From: an uncultured Actinomycetes bacterium
GTDB taxonomy: Bacteria; Actinomycetota; Thermoleophilia; UBA2241
Reading direction: 5' to 3'
DNA length: 64,000 nucleotides
Assembly: GCA_963767005.1 (NCBI GenBank)
Contig: CAVYCN010000011.1
Span: 32,001 to 96,000 of the forward strand
Below, one piece after another: positions 1 to 9,200 of this stretch. A model generated the notes under the pieces. The model was not told the DNA's origin and searched no databases. It worked only from the letters and a program-made list of their open reading frames with translations. A program made the position numbers and the translations under genes. Numbering within the stretch: position 1 is the stretch's first letter; every line of letters begins with the position of its first letter.

Positions 1-67
1 CGCCGATGCGACGGATCACGCCCATGTCCACGCATACCCGCGGCTGCGGGAGAGCAAGCGGAGGACG

Positions 68-1474
68 TCAGGTGCGCCGGCGCGAGCGCTTGGTGGCGTA
101 CATGCGGCGGTCGGCCTCGCGCAGCAGGTCGCCCAGGTCGGCGCCGCCGGCGCTGTGCAGGCCCATGCTCGCCGAAAGACGCTCGGCGACAGGCGCCGTC
201 TCGTTGTGGCGGGCGATCGCCTCGTCGACCTTGCCCCCCACCCGGCGGGCGCCGTCGGCGTCGGTGCCGGGCATGAGCACCACGAACTCGTCGCCACCGT
301 ACCGCGCCACGACGTCGGTCTCGCGGCAGCTCTCGACGAGCAGGCCGGCGAGCCTGCGCAGCAGCGTGTCGCCGGCCTCGTGACCGTAGCCGTCGTTGAC
401 CTGCTTCATGCCGTCGAGGTCGAGGAACAGCACGCTGGCGACGCCACCGTTGCGGCGCACCTCCTTGGTGGTGCGCGACAGCGCGAGCTCGAGGTAGCTG
501 CGGTTGTAGACGCCGGTCAGGCCGTCGCGCACCGCCATCTCGTCTTTCTCGCGGATCAGGCGGCGGTTGTCGAGGGCGATCGTGGCGTGCGCGGCGAACG
601 TGCGGAACACGGTCTTCTGGTGGTCGCGGTAGCGCCGCGGGCGGGTCGAGAAGACACACAGCGCCCCGTAGGTGCCGCGATAGCTCTGCAGCGGCGTGGC
701 GAGCAGTGTGCGCCAGCCGGCGGCGGCGAGCGCGCCGCCGGCGGTCGGGTCGCGCCCGTCGACCGCGACCGTCTCGCCGCTCAGCACGGCGCGTCCGAAC
801 ACCGAGTCTTCGAGCGGCACGACGAACAGCCGTGCCGTGCGCTCGTCGAGGCCGTAGGCTTCGCTCGCGACCAGCACGTCGCCGCGCAGCACGAGCAGGA
901 CCGCCTGCCGGGCGTCGAGCAGGCGCGCCGCCTCGGCCAGGATCGTGGTCTCGAGCGAGCCCGACACGACGCTGCGGGCCACCGTCTCGACGGCGGCCAG
1001 CAGACGCTGCTGAAGGTCGAGGTGGTCGAGCTGCTCGCGCAGGCGCACGGTCTGCTCGACCCTGCCGGCCAGCCGGTCGCACGCGGCCTCGGCCTGGGCC
1101 AGGCGTTCGCCGGAGCACGCCGCGGCGGCCTCGCCGAACGAGACGGCGACGCCGAAGACGCCGCGCTCGGTCCGCAACGGAAGAGCGAGCAGCGCCGCGC
1201 CGGCATCGGGGGCGGCCGGCGCTGCCGCGCCGGCCGCGGCATGCCAGGCCACGGCGCGGCGGGTGGTGAAGGCCTCGCCGGCGGGCCCTTCGTCGGTGCG
1301 AGCGCCTTCGACGACCGCCGCGAGCTCGTCGACCAGACCGCGCCGGCAGGCCAACTCGAAGACCGGTCCGTCGCTGAGCGCGATCCAGCCGGCGTCGCCA
1401 TGGGTCAGCGCGAGGATCTCGTCGAGGCCCGCGACGAGGGCGGCGTCGAGGTCGAGCGGCGAGGCTGCGGGCAG
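68..1474 (-). CDS. GAF-domain diguanylate cyclase
   Basis: C-terminal DGLTGVYNR...FLDLDGMKQVNDGYGHEAGD...RETDVVARYGGDEF (intact GGDEF and RxxD I-site) with two GAF-like segments upstream. Start uncertain: the ORF track extends to 1894 inside the upstream gene; best candidate is CTG at 1474 with GGAG 8 nt upstream. Confidence 0.88.
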   Translation of the reverse strand: MPAASPLDLDAALVAGLDEILALTHGDAGWIALSDGPVFELACRRGLVDELAAVVEGARTDEGPAGEAFTTRRAVAWHAAAGAAAPAAPDAGAALLALPLRTERGVFGVAVSFGEAAAACSGERLAQAEAACDRLAGRVEQTVRLREQLDHLDLQQRLLAAVETVARSVVSGSLETTILAEAARLLDARQAVLLVLRGDVLVASEAYGLDERTARLFVVPLEDSVFGRAVLSGETVAVDGRDPTAGGALAAAGWRTLLATPLQSYRGTYGALCVFSTRPRRYRDHQKTVFRTFAAHATIALDNRRLIREKDEMAVRDGLTGVYNRSYLELALSRTTKEVRRNGGVASVLFLDLDGMKQVNDGYGHEAGDTLLRRLAGLLVESCRETDVVARYGGDEFVVLMPGTDADGARRVGGKVDEAIARHNETAPVAERLSASMGLHSAGGADLGDLLREADRRMYATKRSRRRT

Positions 1475-1478
1475 AACG

Positions 1479-3206
1479 TCAGCTCCAGTGGTGCCCGGAG
1501 CCCGAGTGTCGCGAGCGACCGCCGTGCCGGCCGCCGCCGCCCTCGTGACCACCGTTCCCGCCGCCGTGACCACCGTTCCCGCCGCCCCAGTGATGGCCGA
1601 TCGACGGACCCGAGCGACCGCCGGCCTGGCCGTGCGACCAGCCCCCACGCGACTGCCGCGACGCGTGCCGGCCGCCCTCGTGAGACCTGGCGTGCCGGCG
1701 CGCGGCCGATGACCCGGCGGGCTCGCCGCCGTTGCGGCCGCGGTGGCGGTCGCCGTGGCGTGAGCCGCTCGACTCGTGACTCCGTGACCAGCTCTTGTGA
1801 GTGGGGCCGATCCGGTGAGCGAGCAGGGCCACCGGCGTGGTGGACCAGCTCCACAGCGACTCGCCGCCGGCGTGACGGCCGCCGCCCGAGCCATGACCGC
1901 CCAGCGCCGAGCCGCCCGCGCCGCCGCCCGACGCGCCGCCGCCGGAGCCGCTCGACGAGCCGTTCGATGCTGACGCGCCGCCCGAGGCCGACGTGCCGCC
2001 GGGATCCGCCGTGGACGAGCTCGTCCTGACCAGGCTCACGGTGCGCACGACGGCGACGGCCGGTCCGCTCGAGGTGCCCGCGCCGCTCGTTGCCGCGGTC
2101 TGTGAGCCGGTGCCCTGGGAGCGGGACGTGCTCGCCGCGGGACGGCGCGAGGAGGCCGGAGTGGGGACCTGAGCGGTCGGCGAGTGCGACGCCGCCGCCG
2201 ACGGTGCCGGTGGTGTGGCCGGCCGCAGATCGAGCTGTGAGACGTAGGCCGCCATGCCGGCGACGGCCACGAGGCAGGCCGCCGCGACGGTGTAGGCAGC
2301 GGCCCTGCTCGCCAGGGCGCGGCCGACCCTGGTCATGACGAGCGTCACGGCGGCAAGCGCCCCGCCCGTGGCGAGCGCCGAGCGCGCGCCCGGGGCCGCC
2401 TCGCGTCGTGGGGCGGCGACCGGTACGAACACCGGCGGTACCCGCAGAGCGGCAGGCAACGGGGCTGGAGCCGCCACGAGGGCGAGGCCGAAAGGCCCGG
2501 CCGGCCACGAGCGGGTGACTTTGCGGCAGACCCTGCAGTACGAGGCGTGCTCGTGGAGCCTGCGATCCTCGTCGCCGTCGCCCGCGGGGCGGCCGACGCC
2601 GCCGGCGGCGACCTGCTCGGCGAGCCGGCAGGCCGCCGGTCGCTCGGGCTCGGTCGCTTCGAAGGCCGCGAGGAACGCCTCGCGCGCCTTGAACAGGAGC
2701 GCCCTGGCGGCATCGACCGACAGGCCGAACACCTGGGCGAGCGCCTGGGGACGAAGACCGTGGATGTCGTGCAGCAGGAGAGCGACCGCGAGAGGCTCGT
2801 CGACCGTACGCAGCGCCTGCCCGAACCGGCGGCCGAGATCGGTGTCGTCGCTCAGGGCGAGCGCGCCGGCGGGCAGCGCCTCGCCTCGCGAGCCGGCGGG
2901 CGCCGCGTGCTCGCGGCAGGCGGCGAGGGCGGCGCGGTAGAGCCGCGCCTCGAGGTCGACGGCGCCGTCGTCGAGCAGGATCTGCCGGTAGGCGACGACG
3001 AAGGTCTCGTTCACGACGGCGGCGGCCTCGTCGGCGGGCACCAGGCAGCGTACCAGGCCGAACACCGAGAGCCGGTGGGTTTCGAAGAAGCGGATGAACG
3101 CGTCGCGTTCGCCGGAACGCAGAAGGGTCACGAAGGCGTCGGGGGGCTGGCCGGCGTTGCCGCCGGGCAGATCGCGTTCGCCGGGGGGTTCGAACGGTCT
3201 AGCCAT
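1479..3206 (-). CDS. ECF-type sigma factor fused to zinc anti-sigma (HxxxCxxC) motif, TM helix and Gly/Ser/His-rich tail
   Basis: Region 2-like (AFIRFFETHRLSVFGLVRCLV...WLYRAA-like) and region 4-like (ALLLHDIHGLRPQALAQVFGLSVDAARALLFKARE) segments, then HASYCRVC, hydrophobic AAAYTVAAACLVAVAGMAAYV and a low-complexity tail. Confidence 0.75.
   Translation of the reverse strand: MARPFEPPGERDLPGGNAGQPPDAFVTLLRSGERDAFIRFFETHRLSVFGLVRCLVPADEAAAVVNETFVVAYRQILLDDGAVDLEARLYRAALAACREHAAPAGSRGEALPAGALALSDDTDLGRRFGQALRTVDEPLAVALLLHDIHGLRPQALAQVFGLSVDAARALLFKAREAFLAAFEATEPERPAACRLAEQVAAGGVGRPAGDGDEDRRLHEHASYCRVCRKVTRSWPAGPFGLALVAAPAPLPAALRVPPVFVPVAAPRREAAPGARSALATGGALAAVTLVMTRVGRALASRAAAYTVAAACLVAVAGMAAYVSQLDLRPATPPAPSAAASHSPTAQVPTPASSRRPAASTSRSQGTGSQTAATSGAGTSSGPAVAVVRTVSLVRTSSSTADPGGTSASGGASASNGSSSGSGGGASGGGAGGSALGGHGSGGGRHAGGESLWSWSTTPVALLAHRIGPTHKSWSRSHESSGSRHGDRHRGRNGGEPAGSSAARRHARSHEGGRHASRQSRGGWSHGQAGGRSGPSIGHHWGGGNGGHGGGNGGHEGGGGRHGGRSRHSGSGHHWS
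1545..1586. repeat. 21-bp tandem repeat x2 (GGGNGGH in the sigma tail)
   Basis: gtgaccaccgttcccgccgcc at 1545-1565 and 1566-1586. Confidence 0.85.
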
Positions 3207-3284
3207 GCAACCTCTCTATCGGCAGCGGCGTCGCCGACATGAGCGTTTCGTTAGCGCTCCGCGACGCACCACCGACAGTTTTTG

Positions 3285-3290
3285 ATTATA
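3285..3290 (-). promoter_or_regulatory. candidate -10 element for the sigma gene
   Basis: Perfect TATAAT on the minus strand in an AT-rich patch about 80 nt upstream of the 3206 start; no clear -35. Confidence 0.5.
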
Positions 3291-3476
3291 CAGAGCGCCC
3301 GAAGCCGCGCATATCGACCGACGGCGCGGCCACCGCGGACCGCGCCGGGCCGGGGGCGACCGCGACCGTTCTCGCGGCGGCACGGATGCTGATAGCCTTG
3401 ACGCGGCCGTCGTCGCGAGCCCCGTTTCGGTGCTCGCGGCGAGGTCGCCTGGGTCGGGCGGACGGGAGTGCGGGCG

Positions 3477-4013
3477 ATGGGTGCGGACCTGAAGGAATGG
3501 TGCGAGCGCGCGGTGGCGATGGGCGCCGGCGCCGCCACGGAGACGGCGACGAGCAGGGTCGTGGTCGCCGAATGGGTGCGACTGAAGTGCCTGTACGGCT
3601 GCGACGAGCCCGGTGTCCACCGTACCTGCCCGCCCCACGCACCGCCGCTCGATCAGACGCGCCGCCTGCTCGGCGAGTTCACGCGCTCCCTCCTGCTCGA
3701 GACCGACCCGATCACCGGCTACGAGCGCAGCGACGACGAGTCACGCCACCTCAACACGGTCGGGCTGGCGCTCGAGCGCGAGCTGTTCCTGGCCGGCTTC
3801 TACCGCGCCTGGTTCATGGGCGCCGGGCCCTGCGACCTCTGCCGTGCCTGCGTGCGCGGCGACGAGTGCCCGACACCCGAGCGGGCGCGCCCTTCGATGG
3901 AGGGCTGCGGCCTCGACGTGTACGCCACGGCGCGTGCCGCCGGCCGCCGGATCGAGGTGGTACGCAGTCACGACGACGTCTATCGTTTCTTCGCACTCGT
4001 GCTGGTCGACTGA
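3477..4013 (+). CDS. DUF2284-family predicted metal-binding protein
   Basis: WVRLKCLYGC...TCPP...AGPCDLCRAC...ECPTPERARPSMEGCGLDV Cys pattern; GGGAG SD before ATG 3477. Confidence 0.8.
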   Translation: MGADLKEWCERAVAMGAGAATETATSRVVVAEWVRLKCLYGCDEPGVHRTCPPHAPPLDQTRRLLGEFTRSLLLETDPITGYERSDDESRHLNTVGLALERELFLAGFYRAWFMGAGPCDLCRACVRGDECPTPERARPSMEGCGLDVYATARAAGRRIEVVRSHDDVYRFFALVLVD

Positions 4014-4031
4014 CGCAGCCCGCACTGCGCC

Positions 4032-4060
4032 TTGACAGCCGTCGTGGCCCTGCCAATACT
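4032..4060 (+). promoter_or_regulatory. sigma70-type promoter
   Basis: TTGACA (4032-4037), 17 nt, AATACT (4055-4060). Confidence 0.65.
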
Positions 4061-4066
4061 GCGCCC

Positions 4067-4177
4067 ATGGAGGACCGACGCAGACTGCTGGCCGAAGGCA
4101 CGCTCGTGAAGAGTTGGGTCGACTCGCTCTACACCGTCACCGTGCCGCCCAGACGCCCGCCGCGCCGGCGCCTCTAG
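4067..4177 (+). CDS. putative leaderless small ORF / leader peptide (36 aa)
   Basis: ATG 6 nt after the -10 box; MEDRRRLLAEGTLVKSWVDSLYTVTVPPRRPPRRRL-TAG. Confidence 0.45.
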   Translation: MEDRRRLLAEGTLVKSWVDSLYTVTVPPRRPPRRRL

Positions 4178-4284
4178 CCGCGTCGATCCCTCCCGCGCCC
4201 GCTTTCACCGACACGGCGCGGGCTACTCGCGCGTTCCTCGAGCGTCATCCACGCGCTGACCGCCGTGCACATGAAGGGGGAGCC

Positions 4285-6105
4285 ATGAGCCACCGCGTTC
4301 GCCGTATCTCACGCCGCCTGCCGCTCCTGCTGGCCGGCGTCCTTCTGGTCGGGCTCGCGCTCGCCGGTCCGGGTGCGGCGCAAAGTCCGAGCCCGACAGC
4401 CGGACAGACCGCGCTCAAGGTCGGCTGGGACATCGAGCCCGACAACCTGAACCCGTTCGCCGGCATCCAGCAGTCGTCGTATGAGATCTACCACCTGGAG
4501 TACGACTTCCTGACCAACTACGGTGCCGCCCACCTCGAGACCGAGCCGGGGCTCGCCACGAGCTGGACCCACTCGGCGAACGGCCTGGTGTGGACGTTCA
4601 AGATCAGGAGCGGCGTGAAGTGGCAGGACGGCGTGCCGCTCACCGCCCACGACGTCGCCTTCACCTATACGTTCATCATGAAGTACAAGCTGCAGGCGTT
4701 CCTGTCGGCGCTGTCCGGCATCAAGACGGCGACGGCGCTTAACGACACCACCGTCGTCATCACCTGCTCGCGACCCAAGGCCGACATCCTGGCCATGTGG
4801 GTGCCGATCCTGCCGCAGCACATCTGGGGCAGGTTGCACAGCTACGAGCAGGCCTTCAACTTCGCCAACAAGCCGCCGATCGTGGGCTCGGGTCCCTTCC
4901 AGGTGGTCCAGTGGGTCCACGGCCAGTACATCCGCTGCGTGGCCAACAAGAGCTACTGGGGCGGGGCTCCCAAGGTCGACCAGCTCTACTTCAACCTCTA
5001 CACCGACCCCACGACCATGGCGAGCGATCTGCGCAGCGGCGCCATCCAGCTCGCCATCGACCTGCCGCCGGCGCAGGTCAAGGGGCTGCAGTCCGTATCC
5101 GGCATCTCGGCCCAGGCCTGCGCACAGAAGGCCTTCGACTACCTGGGGTTCAACTGCTACACCGGTCCATCGGGCGGCAACCCGGTGCTGCGCGACTGGA
5201 AGTTCCGCAACGCGCTCAACTGGGCGGTCGACAAGCAGAAGCTCGTCGACCTCGCCTACAACGACTACGCGACGCCGGGCTCGACGCTCTTCGAGCCGAA
5301 CTTCTACGACCCGAAGCTCGACTGGCACTGGACCCCGCCGGCCAGCGAGGCCTACTCGTTCGACCTGCAGAAGGCGAGCGCCATGCTCACAGCGGCGGGC
5401 TACCCGCTCGTCAACGGCGTGCGCCTGAACAAGCAGGGCAAGCCGATCGTGCTGCGCCTCTGGGCGCGCACCGACTCCGACCCGAGCCAGGTGGCAGGCA
5501 AGCTCATCACGCAGTGGTTCCGCGATCTCGGCCTGAAGATCCAGTACTCGGTGCAGAGCGAGGCGACGCTCACCAACGCCGCCTGGAACTACGTCGGCAA
5601 GGTCTACAAGCCCGACTACGACATGTACCTCTGGTTCTGGCAGCCGAGCGGTTCAGACCCGGCGCGGCGAGTCGGCTACTTCACCACGGACCAGATCCAG
5701 GGCAACAACGACGCCTGCTGGTCCGACGCGCAGTACGACAAGCTGTTCCAGGAGCAGTCGACCACGCTCGACCAGCAACAGCGCAAGCAGATCGTCTGGC
5801 AGATGGAGCGGATCTTCTACGAGCAGACGCCGTATATCGTGCTCGACTATCCCAAGCTGCTCGAGGGCTGGGACGTCGGCACGTGGACCGGCTGGGAGCG
5901 TATCCCGACACCCGACGGCGCCGTCGCCTACATCAGCGACAACGTCGACAACTACCGCCTGGTCGGTCCTAAGCCGGTGACAGCCACAAGCTCGGGCACG
6001 TCGGCCGCGAGCGTCGCGGGCATCGTGATCGTCGTGGTCGCCGTCGTGGCGGTGATCGTGGTCGTGCTCCTGCGCCGGCGGCGCAAGGGCGCGGTCGAGG
6101 TCTGA
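4285..6105 (+). CDS. family 5 (peptide/opine) ABC substrate-binding protein with C-terminal membrane anchor
   Basis: Signal peptide, PGLATSWTHS...WTFKIRSGVKWQDGVPLTAHDVAFT, GSGPFQ, C-terminal TM followed by RRRRK. Confidence 0.92.
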   Translation: MSHRVRRISRRLPLLLAGVLLVGLALAGPGAAQSPSPTAGQTALKVGWDIEPDNLNPFAGIQQSSYEIYHLEYDFLTNYGAAHLETEPGLATSWTHSANGLVWTFKIRSGVKWQDGVPLTAHDVAFTYTFIMKYKLQAFLSALSGIKTATALNDTTVVITCSRPKADILAMWVPILPQHIWGRLHSYEQAFNFANKPPIVGSGPFQVVQWVHGQYIRCVANKSYWGGAPKVDQLYFNLYTDPTTMASDLRSGAIQLAIDLPPAQVKGLQSVSGISAQACAQKAFDYLGFNCYTGPSGGNPVLRDWKFRNALNWAVDKQKLVDLAYNDYATPGSTLFEPNFYDPKLDWHWTPPASEAYSFDLQKASAMLTAAGYPLVNGVRLNKQGKPIVLRLWARTDSDPSQVAGKLITQWFRDLGLKIQYSVQSEATLTNAAWNYVGKVYKPDYDMYLWFWQPSGSDPARRVGYFTTDQIQGNNDACWSDAQYDKLFQEQSTTLDQQQRKQIVWQMERIFYEQTPYIVLDYPKLLEGWDVGTWTGWERIPTPDGAVAYISDNVDNYRLVGPKPVTATSSGTSAASVAGIVIVVVAVVAVIVVVLLRRRRKGAVEV

Positions 6106-6109
6106 GGAG

Positions 6110-7039
6110 GTGGCGGCACAGTACCCGCCGGTCCTCGTCGAGGTATGGCGCGGACCGGCGGTCGAGAGCCTGCACACGCTCGTGGCGAGCCTGGTCGACG
6201 AGGCCGGCCGCGAGGTCGCCCGCTACGGCGACCCCGGCTTCGTGACCTACTGGCGTTCGTCTGCCAAACCGTTCCAGGCGCGCCCCTGGGTCGACGACGG
6301 CACCATCGACCACTTCGGCTGGGGCGACCGTGAGACGGCCATCATCTGCGCGTCGCACGTGGGAGCCGACGAGCACGCGCAGCTCGTACGCCGCATGCTC
6401 GCCGACATCGCTTGCAGCGAGGCCGACCTGCGCTGCGACCACGAGCTCAAGGCACGTCACAACTGCTCGGGCAACCACACCGGCATGCTCGCGGCCTGCG
6501 TGCACCACGGCTGGGAGCTCGCTACCTACCAGCGGCCCGACCACCCCGCACAGCGAGCCGGCGTAGCGGCGGTCTCGGAGGCCTGCGGGCTACCGCCCGA
6601 CGAGATCCCGCGCGGCATCGACGGCTGCGGCATCGTGGTGTGCGCCACGCCGGTCGTCGCCGCCGCGCGCGCCTACGCCACCCTGCCGGGGCTGGCTCCA
6701 CGCATCGCCCGCGCCATGATGGACAACCCGGTCCTGATCGAGGGCGAGGGCGAGCTCGACACGGTGGTCATGCAGTCCTTCCCCGGCGCCGTCTCCAAGG
6801 CCGGCGCCGAGGGCCTGGGCTGTGTAGCGCTGCCCGGCGGAGGCGGCCTCGCGGTGAAGGCGCTCGACGGCGGCGACCGCGCCGTCGGGCCGGCGATGAT
6901 CGCCCTGCTCGTGCGACACCTCGGCCTCGACGGCGTGCCGGCCGGGGCCGAGTCGCAGGCCCGCCCGCCGGTCAGAAACGACGCCGGCGACGTCGTCGGC
7001 GAGCTTGCGGCCCGCCTCCCGGCCGGCCGCGAGGGTTAG
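6110..7039 (+). CDS. class 3 (Rhizobium-type) L-asparaginase family protein
   Basis: RSSAKPFQ, ASHVG, HNCSGNH, IDGCG and KAGAEG motifs. Confidence 0.85.
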   Translation: MAAQYPPVLVEVWRGPAVESLHTLVASLVDEAGREVARYGDPGFVTYWRSSAKPFQARPWVDDGTIDHFGWGDRETAIICASHVGADEHAQLVRRMLADIACSEADLRCDHELKARHNCSGNHTGMLAACVHHGWELATYQRPDHPAQRAGVAAVSEACGLPPDEIPRGIDGCGIVVCATPVVAAARAYATLPGLAPRIARAMMDNPVLIEGEGELDTVVMQSFPGAVSKAGAEGLGCVALPGGGGLAVKALDGGDRAVGPAMIALLVRHLGLDGVPAGAESQARPPVRNDAGDVVGELAARLPAGREG

Positions 7040-7043
7040 CGCC

Positions 7044-7445
7044 GTGAGCGTCGAGAAGATCAACCCACCCGACCTCCACCGGCCAGTCGGCAACATGTAC
7101 GCCCATGTTGTGCGCGCCACGGGGAGGGTCAGCTACCGCATCGGCGGCCAGGTGCCGGTCGACGGGGAAGGCCGCAACCTGTTCCTCGGCGACATGGCGG
7201 CACAGCTGCGTTCCTGCTACGAGCAGGTCACCACCGCCCTGTCTGCCGTGAGACTCGGCTGGCAGGACGTCGTCCACATCTACACCTTCACGACGGACAT
7301 GGACGAGTACGTCCGCGTCGAACCGCCGATCGCGAAGGCGTTCTTCGGCGAGACGCCGCCCGCCTCGACGCTGGTCGAGGTACGTCGCCTGGTCGATCCG
7401 GACTGGCTCGTCGAGGTGCAGGTCGACGCGGTCGCCGATGCCTGA
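7044..7445 (+). CDS. RidA/YjgF family protein
   Basis: YAHVV...IGGQVP...PPASTLVEVRRLVDPDWLVEV. Confidence 0.88.
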   Translation: MSVEKINPPDLHRPVGNMYAHVVRATGRVSYRIGGQVPVDGEGRNLFLGDMAAQLRSCYEQVTTALSAVRLGWQDVVHIYTFTTDMDEYVRVEPPIAKAFFGETPPASTLVEVRRLVDPDWLVEVQVDAVADA

Positions 7446-7457
7446 ACGGCGCCCTCA

Positions 7458-7501
7458 GGCGAAGCGCGGGGAGGCTGGTACCAGCCTCCCCGCGCTTCGC
7501 C
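7458..7501. terminator. perfect 44-bp palindrome, probable terminator
   Basis: ggcgaagcgcggggaggctggt / accagcctccccgcgcttcgcc immediately after the ridA stop. Confidence 0.7.
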
Positions 7502-7605
7502 ACGACCCCTTGCCCCGCCCCGGCGTCCTGCTGGGCATCGGCGTGGCCTCCTTCACCCTCCTCGTGGCCCGGCACCTCGGACCCTAGACCGCGCAGACGG
7601 TGAGC

Positions 7606-9132
7606 ATGGCGAAGACCTACATCGTGGCCCACGACACCGGCACCGGCGGCGACAAGGCCGTGCTGACCGACCTCGAGGGGCGCGTCGTGCGAACGGCCTA
7701 CCGGCCCTACGACGTCCACTACCCGCGCGCCGACTGGGCCGAGCAGGACCCCGACGAGCTCTGGCGGGCCTTCGCCGCGACCACCCGCGAGGTGCTCGCC
7801 GGCGTCGACCCGGCCACCGTGCTCGGTGTGGGCGTCTCGGCCCAGATGTTCAACCTGCTGCCGGTCGACGCGCAGTGCCGGCCCGTCACGCCCATGCTCT
7901 CCTGGCAGGACGTGCGCAGCGTGGCGCAGGCCGACCGCCTGCTCGAGCCCGCCACGCGCGCCTTTCTGTTCGAGCGCACCGCCAACGTGCCGACCGCCAA
8001 GGACGTGATCCCCAAGATCCTCTGGCTCAAGGAGGAGCGCCCCGACCTGTGGGACCGCACCCGCTGGCTGCTCGACTGCAAGGAATACCTCATCTTCAGG
8101 CTCACCGGCGTGGTCGGCATCGACTGGCACGGGGCGAGCGTGTTCTTCTTGTTCGACCCGCGCGGCAAGACCTGGGACCGGGCGGTGTGCGACCGGCTCG
8201 GTATCCCTGTCGAGAAGCTGCCGCCGGCGTACCCGCCGACCGAGGTGATCGGCGCGGTCAGCGCCGAGGCGGCCGCGCAGACCGGCCTCGCGCCCGGCAC
8301 GCCGGTCGTGATCTGCGCCGGCGACGTGGCTGTGGCGCAGTCGGGCTCGGGGGCCAATCGCGAGGGCAAGGCCCACCTGTGCATCGGCACGGCGACCTGG
8401 GTCGGCGTTTCGAGCGCGACCCTGCGCAACGATCCCGACACGCCGTTCTGGGCGCTCAACCACATCGACCCGGGCAAGTGGGTCATCGCCGGCGAGATGG
8501 AGTCGGGCGGCGGCGCCCTGCAGTGGTACCGCAACCTGCTCTGCGCCGACGAAGCCCGCGAGGCCCGCGAGCGAGGCGTGTCGACCTACCGCGTGCTCGA
8601 CGAGCAGGCGGCGGCGGTGCCGGCCGGCAGCGACGATCTCGTCTTCACGCCCTGGCTGGCCGGCGAGCGCGCGCCCGTGCTCGACCACTACGCCCGCGGC
8701 GGCTTCACCGGCCTGTCGCTCGGCCACAGCAAGGGGCACCTGACCCGGGCCGTCATGGAGGGCGTCGCCTACCACATCCGCTGGATCGTCGAGGCGATGG
8801 AGCACACCGGCTTTCGCATCGAAGCGATGCAGGCGATCGGCGGCGGCAGCGCGAGCCCGCTGTGGACGCAGATCATCGCCGACGTCACCGGCCGCCGGCT
8901 GAACGTGGTCGAGCACCCGCTCGAGGCGGGCGCCATGGGCGCCGCCCTGACGGTCGCGGTGGGCCTCGGCGTCTACCCCGGCATGGACACGGTCGACGAC
9001 CTCATCGCCGTCGCCCGCACCGTCGAGCCGCGTGGCGCGAACGAGGCGGTCTACGCCCGCGGCTACCGCACCTTCCGCGACCTCTACGCCACCCTTGCGC
9101 CGATCTACCGCGGCGCAGCGCGCGAGAACTGA
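7606..9132 (+). CDS. FGGY carbohydrate kinase (xylulokinase-like)
   Basis: AHDTGTGGDKA, WAEQDP, SWQDVR, PWLAGERAP, RAVMEGVA and GGGSAS motifs. Confidence 0.92.
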   Translation: MAKTYIVAHDTGTGGDKAVLTDLEGRVVRTAYRPYDVHYPRADWAEQDPDELWRAFAATTREVLAGVDPATVLGVGVSAQMFNLLPVDAQCRPVTPMLSWQDVRSVAQADRLLEPATRAFLFERTANVPTAKDVIPKILWLKEERPDLWDRTRWLLDCKEYLIFRLTGVVGIDWHGASVFFLFDPRGKTWDRAVCDRLGIPVEKLPPAYPPTEVIGAVSAEAAAQTGLAPGTPVVICAGDVAVAQSGSGANREGKAHLCIGTATWVGVSSATLRNDPDTPFWALNHIDPGKWVIAGEMESGGGALQWYRNLLCADEAREARERGVSTYRVLDEQAAAVPAGSDDLVFTPWLAGERAPVLDHYARGGFTGLSLGHSKGHLTRAVMEGVAYHIRWIVEAMEHTGFRIEAMQAIGGGSASPLWTQIIADVTGRRLNVVEHPLEAGAMGAALTVAVGLGVYPGMDTVDDLIAVARTVEPRGANEAVYARGYRTFRDLYATLAPIYRGAAREN

Positions 9133-9200
9133 CGCCCCACACCGGACGGTTCGCCGGACCCCCGTTCCGGAGAAAGTGGGGCCGACGGCAAGGAGGAATC

